A DNA stretch of 64,000 bases, taken from the NCBI GenBank assembly GCA_963841735.1, contig CAWJDT010000001.1, forward strand, positions 1,184,001 to 1,248,000. Direction: 5' to 3'. Source of the DNA: an uncultured Actinomycetes bacterium (GTDB lineage Bacteria; Actinomycetota; Thermoleophilia; RBG-16-64-13). A program made the position numbers and the translations under genes. The notes beneath the pieces are model-generated. The model saw nothing but the letters and a program-made list of their open reading frames with translations, made no database searches and was not told the origin of the DNA. Each line of letters begins with the position of its first letter. The first letter of the stretch is position 1. This document shows positions 59,735 through 64,000 of this stretch, one piece after another.

Positions 59735-60958
59735 CTAGTAGATCGCGGGTGCTCCGTCTCGAGGCTGGATGTCGAAACGGCGGATGGCCGCCAGATTGGT
59801 GCGCTCGCTGAGCCGCGAGATCTTAATGACGTCGCCGGTCTTGGGAGCGTGGATGAAGAGGTCTTCGCCGATGTAGATGCCCACGTGGTGCACCGGGAAG
59901 CCGAAGGCCAGCAAGTCGCCGGGCTGGATGTCGGCATAGTCGACGGGGATGCCCATCTCGGCTTGATAGCCGGAGAAGTGTGGCAGGTTGACTCCATGTT
60001 GCATGAACACGAAGCGGGTGAACCCTGAGCAGTCCATGCCGGTGGAGGGCCGGTCGCCGGCCCACACGTAGGGGATGCCGATGTAGGTGGCCGCGGTCTC
60101 GAGGAACTGGTTGAGCACCTCGCTGTCGGTCTGCGGGAGCGGACCGCTGTAGACCTGGCCTCCGTTGATGATGGCCTGCAGGGCCGCCTGAAGTCTGGTC
60201 TGCTCCTCTGCCTGTCGTGCTCTCTCCTGCTCGATGATGGTGGAGATCTGGGAGTCGAGATCGCCCAGGGTAGCCTGGCGCTCCTCGAGTGCAGCCTGAA
60301 TGTCTTCCTGGCGGCTGGTCATCTGCCGACGGATATCGAGTTCCTGGAGCTTGGCCTCGTCCATATTGGCGAGGATGGTGTTCATCTTCTTCGTGCTGTC
60401 TGCGAGCTTCTGCACAAGGCGGTGGTCTTCGTCGGCCTGAGCGGCAGCCAGCCTGACTCGGGACAAGAAGTCCGGCCCGCCCTCGGCCGAGAGGAGCAGA
60501 TCCAAGAACTGGTTGGTCCCCCCAGACTTGTAGAGGTCGCAGACGCGGTCTTCGTATTTCTCCAGCCGGTAGGCGCGGTCTTTCTGGGCGGCTGCCAGGT
60601 CCCTGCGCATGGCGCTCATGGAGACGTTCAACTCGTCCAGTTGCACCTGCAGTTGGTTGTATGCCTCAGAAGCCTGCTCTAGCTCGTCGTCCAGGGCATC
60701 GATGTCGGCCTGGGCCAACTGCGCTTGGAGGGTGAGATCGTCTACCTGGGTCTTGACTTCGCCGGAGAGGCGGAGGGAGCCGGGATCCTGGGGAACGGCC
60801 TCAACCGGAGCGGGAATGGAGCAGAACACAAGGACTCCGGCAAAGAGCAGCACTCCGCCGATCCACAGCCAGCCACGCTCAATGTCCCGCGCGCGTCCTT
60901 TGGCGGCGGTGCAGGAACGTTCTCTGCTTGACCGGATTCGATGCATCAACGCTCTCAC
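59735..60958 (-). CDS. Coiled-coil NlpC/P60 (C40) peptidoglycan endopeptidase
   Basis: Signal/TM, long coiled coil, GIPYVWAG, DCSGF, HHVGIYIG, IHAP; start uncertain. Confidence 0.92.
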   Translation of the reverse strand: MRALMHRIRSSRERSCTAAKGRARDIERGWLWIGGVLLFAGVLVFCSIPAPVEAVPQDPGSLRLSGEVKTQVDDLTLQAQLAQADIDALDDELEQASEAYNQLQVQLDELNVSMSAMRRDLAAAQKDRAYRLEKYEDRVCDLYKSGGTNQFLDLLLSAEGGPDFLSRVRLAAAQADEDHRLVQKLADSTKKMNTILANMDEAKLQELDIRRQMTSRQEDIQAALEERQATLGDLDSQISTIIEQERARQAEEQTRLQAALQAIINGGQVYSGPLPQTDSEVLNQFLETAATYIGIPYVWAGDRPSTGMDCSGFTRFVFMQHGVNLPHFSGYQAEMGIPVDYADIQPGDLLAFGFPVHHVGIYIGEDLFIHAPKTGDVIKISRLSERTNLAAIRRFDIQPRDGAPAIY

Positions 60959-61158
60959 GTCTCTTCGCTTTGTCCTCTCGGTGGAATTATCGGCAGGAAA
61001 AGCGAATCACTTGCGTGCTTCGCCAGTGCGCCTGCATATACGCTGGTTTTCTGGGCCGCGCGATTCTAGCGCGTCAGTCCCGCGGTTGCGATAAAACCAA
61101 GGGAGGAAGTTGGCGGTTGGCCCCAGAGAGGGGCCGGTTCAGCCGTGCGGGGAGGGGG

Positions 61159-61968
61159 TCACTCAGTATCGGCGGCGACTACGAAGTACGGAGCGAACGA
61201 GCCCAGACTCTCCTTGTTCTCGTCGTTGGTCCGATCGCCCCCGCCCCACGTCCAATGTTCCGTCAGGGTCTTCTCTCCCCTTGTGCTGATGAGCCTCACG
61301 CTGGTACCTGGTGCGGGTGTGACATAGTTCTGCGCGAATTGGTCCGAACACAAGGTGGAACCGACGTATCGATAATCGAACTCGATATTGTAGTCGTCTA
61401 CGGGCGACAAGTCGCTCATGGGGTACTGGTTGGTCTTGTAGCCGTCGGCGAAGATTTCTATCTGTCCTTCAACGATGGCACCCTTGGCCCAATCGTATCT
61501 GCCGATTATGGTCATCTTCGTGTGGTCGACGAAATGCCAGAGTTCGCCTTCGAATTGGGTGGCGTCCTCATCAAAGTCGAGTTCTGTTTTGGCGCCGAAG
61601 AAATAGGTGTCTTCACCGGGTGTATCAGGAAGTCCGATGTGGATGACGAGCCCTTGGAGGGCCTTATCAAACTGCGACGGGGCGCACCCGAAATCGTCAC
61701 CGAGTATCCCCTGGTCTTTGGTCATATCGCATACCAGCACAAATGGCTTTGCGTCCTGATACTTCGCGGATGTTGCCTGGTCCTGCGCCCCGCCTGCTTG
61801 CCCACCAGTTGTCTTGGAGCCTGACCCGCAACCCCAACCCTCAGGTTGATTCACATCGCAGCCGCCTTGAGTTCCCACCAAGAGAGAAAGCAGCGCGATC
61901 ACGGTAAGCGCCGGTAAAAAGCGGGGGGAACGAGTCTTCCGGAAGACTCGGTTGGACATTTTCCCCAC
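61159..61968 (-). CDS. Secreted/lipoprotein hypothetical protein
   Basis: AGGAG SD; basic N-terminus, hydrophobic stretch, GGC. Confidence 0.6.
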   Translation of the reverse strand: MGKMSNRVFRKTRSPRFLPALTVIALLSLLVGTQGGCDVNQPEGWGCGSGSKTTGGQAGGAQDQATSAKYQDAKPFVLVCDMTKDQGILGDDFGCAPSQFDKALQGLVIHIGLPDTPGEDTYFFGAKTELDFDEDATQFEGELWHFVDHTKMTIIGRYDWAKGAIVEGQIEIFADGYKTNQYPMSDLSPVDDYNIEFDYRYVGSTLCSDQFAQNYVTPAPGTSVRLISTRGEKTLTEHWTWGGGDRTNDENKESLGSFAPYFVVAADTE

Positions 61969-62200
61969 TGCCTATCTCCTTGTGGTCAGAAGTACAGGAT
62001 GGTTTTGGCGTTCGTGGTTGTCGCGCGCTCCGGTGAGGCCGATTTGAGGCTATCAGACGCGAACGTTCGCTTCAACGCCGCACTTTGCCGTTGCGCGGTG
62101 CTCCGTGAGCCGGCCATTCTGCCGCAGGCCGGTGGCAGCACCTCTTCGCCCCTAGGGGATAGGGAGATACTCGCTGTGCTATACTCCCGTCTCTCAACGG

Positions 62201-62277
<77 letters not shown>

Positions 62278-62281
62278 TATG

Positions 62282-62312
62282 AAAGGCCCGGAAATCCGGG
62301 CCTTTTTCTTTT
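62282..62312 (+). terminator. Rho-independent terminator after tRNA-fMet
   Basis: AAAGGCCCGG-AAAT-CCGGGCCTTT followed by TTCTTTT. Confidence 0.88.
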
Positions 62313-62349
62313 GGCGGGATTGTCGCCCAGGCCGCTTTGACACGCTTGA

Positions 62350-62855
62350 TGTCATCGCCGGTTGAATACTGTGCACATATCGCCGGTTGAAACCTGAGCA
62401 CCCATAAGGGTTTGCCGGTTTCAATCGAACCTGTCGCTAGAGATCAAGCGGCGGCAGGAGGAAAGGTGTGTACAGAGTGAAGGATTGGGCCGAGGTCAAG
62501 AGACTTCATGAGCGAGAGGGTCTCTCCAAGAAAGCAATCGCCGAGAAGCTGGGCATGAGCAGAAACACGGTGGCGAGGTTGATGTGTCTTTCCGAGCCGC
62601 CAGCCTATGAGCGAGAACCCTCTTCCTCGCTCCTCGATCCCTTCCGGGAGGAGATCCTCGCGCTTCCGGCTGAGGACCCCCGGGCACCGGCCACGGTGAT
62701 CAGGGAGCGACTGCAGGCCGGCGGGTATGCCGGGGGCATCACCATCCTCAAGGACTACCTGACCCAGGTGAGACCGCAGTTCCTGGCCGCAAGGACCTAC
62801 CAGCGGACCACCTATCTTCCGGGCGAGATCGGACAGATCGACTGGTGGCACCTGC
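62350..62855 (+). mobile_element. istA: IS21-family remnant: left end and truncated istA
   Basis: TGT start with repeated ATCGCCGGTTGAA (62354, 62379); IstA N-terminus (SKKAIAEKLGMSRNTV, SLLDPF, GYAGG.TIL, PGEIGQIDW) ends before the rest of the DDE core; no istB. Confidence 0.85.
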
Positions 62856-63021
62856 CGGAAACGGCGCTACTCGAGGGTTCGACTGCCGGGTGCTTCGTCT
62901 CCATCGCCTTCAGCCTCGGCTCCCTAATGCTTGACACGATGAATGGCCTCGGCATGACGTATTCTGATCGAGACTTTGCCGGTCGACCAGACAACAGATG
63001 GAGCGAGGTGGGAACAGCCCC

Positions 63022-63663
63022 GTGAGCGGCTTCTTGGACCTGCGTCCCGCGGAGCCGGACGACGCCGAGTTTCTTGCGTGGGGCCTCGACGAGGCCGCCG
63101 GCGGACTGTTCGCGACGATGCTCGGTCGTCGCAGCGGCGCGATCCTGGCTGCCGTGATGACCCAGGCAGGGCATCAACTATCCTACGAGCACGCCGTGGT
63201 CGCCACGATCGATGGCCAGGTGAACGGGTTCTGCCAGGGCTGGCCCCACGGCACCACACCTGCCGATGCCGAACTCATGCGCGCGGCCGGCCTGAGGGCC
63301 CTGAGGGCGATGGCGATCGAACTCCTCGGCCGGCAGGTCTTCCGCGCGCTTGCTCAGCATTCCCCCGGGGAGTGGTATCTGCAGGCGATCGCGGTACTGC
63401 CGCGGGCTCGCGGGGCGGGTGTGGGCCGCCGCCTCATGTCCGACGCGTTTGCCCGGGCCGCCGCGGCGGGCTGCGATGCCGTTTGCCTGGACGTTGATGC
63501 CGCCAACGCGCGTGCGCAGGCGCTCTATGCGCGGCTGGGGCTTCGAGTGGTGTCGACTTCCCCGGCGGCGACCATGCTTGGCGGTGTGCAGGTTTGCCGG
63601 ATGGCCACGTCCCTTCATCCTCGCGCGGCATACGTCGTGGGCCAGTCGATCACCCCGGAGTAG
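63022..63663 (+). CDS. GNAT-family acetyltransferase
   Basis: WYLQAIAV.PRARGAGVG, LDVDAANARAQALYARLG. Confidence 0.88.
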   Translation: MSGFLDLRPAEPDDAEFLAWGLDEAAGGLFATMLGRRSGAILAAVMTQAGHQLSYEHAVVATIDGQVNGFCQGWPHGTTPADAELMRAAGLRALRAMAIELLGRQVFRALAQHSPGEWYLQAIAVLPRARGAGVGRRLMSDAFARAAAAGCDAVCLDVDAANARAQALYARLGLRVVSTSPAATMLGGVQVCRMATSLHPRAAYVVGQSITPE

Positions 63664-63746
63664 CTGGCCGGCAACCCGCACCTAAAGTACGCTACCGGCC
63701 CTGACGACACCGGCGTCATCGTCGAGCACTACCTCGCCGGCAAGAG

Positions 63747-64000
63747 CTATTTCAGTTCGAAGTCCTTCTCCACCAAGTTCGGATAGATGTCTTTGAGGGG
63801 GGAGAAGTCTGTGATCGCGGTTTCCGCCAGCATCAGCCTCTTGAGCTTTGTGAGGCCCGCCAGCGGAGTCACGTCTGTGATCTTGTTGGCCGTGAGTTCG
63901 AGGGTCTCGAGATCCGTCAGGCCGGCGAGAACGCTCAGGTCAGTAATCGTCGAGTGCGCCATGTACAGAACCCTGAGATGCGTGAAGATCTCTAGGGTAC
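63747..64000 (-). CDS. Internalin-like leucine-rich repeat protein (C-terminal part only)
   Basis: 22-aa repeats ITDLSVLAGLTDLETLEL, ITDVTPLAGLTKLKRLML; frame runs off the window. Confidence 0.85.
   Translation of the reverse strand, partial: TLEIFTHLRVLYMAHSTITDLSVLAGLTDLETLELTANKITDVTPLAGLTKLKRLMLAETAITDFSPLKDIYPNLVEKDFELK

Noticed and set aside
60959-61158. c-di-AMP (ydaO) riboswitch before the NlpC/P60 gene
   Set aside because: Expected conserved elements (GCTGAATCC, GAACC, CAGCTAAC) were not found

Overview
High-GC bacterial chromosomal window, probably from an anaerobic Actinomycetota-like lineage such as Thermoleophilia or Coriobacteriia (taxonomy is inferred only). 1-22.8 kb is housekeeping: fused glyQS, three inserted antisense genes, ppdK-dGTPase-dnaG-rpoD, csp, gatCAB, an HxlR regulator, a second RpoD paralogue and CopA. 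23-35 kb is accessory DNA after tRNA-Val(CAC): a secreted papain-fold/peptidoglycan-binding protein with a lipoprotein, an HTH-MNT/HEPN pair, ECF sigma/anti-sigma, an ABC exporter and a DUF4389-like protein. The main feature is an 18.5 kb minus-strand [FeFe]-hydrogenase super-operon (35043-53535) with two catalytic HydA modules. One module has a short NuoF-type subunit with non-bifurcating signature residues. The other has a HydB with bifurcating-type residues whose terminal ferredoxin domain is replaced by a GltD/NfnB-like NADP(H) module. Between the two modules lies a four-gene phosphorelay headed by an H-domain/histidine kinase fusion. The operon is led by a Rex-DRTGG fusion and a kinase/H-domain fusion, with Rex-like boxes upstream. 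The rest of the window holds an ABC importer, thiolase, NifU-like and NlpC/P60 proteins, tRNA-fMet, an IS21 remnant, a GNAT and a partial LRR gene. About seven single-base frameshifts, including in dnaG, suggest assembly errors, so the fusions and broken genes need read-level checking. All calls come from motif reading by eye; no database searches were run.
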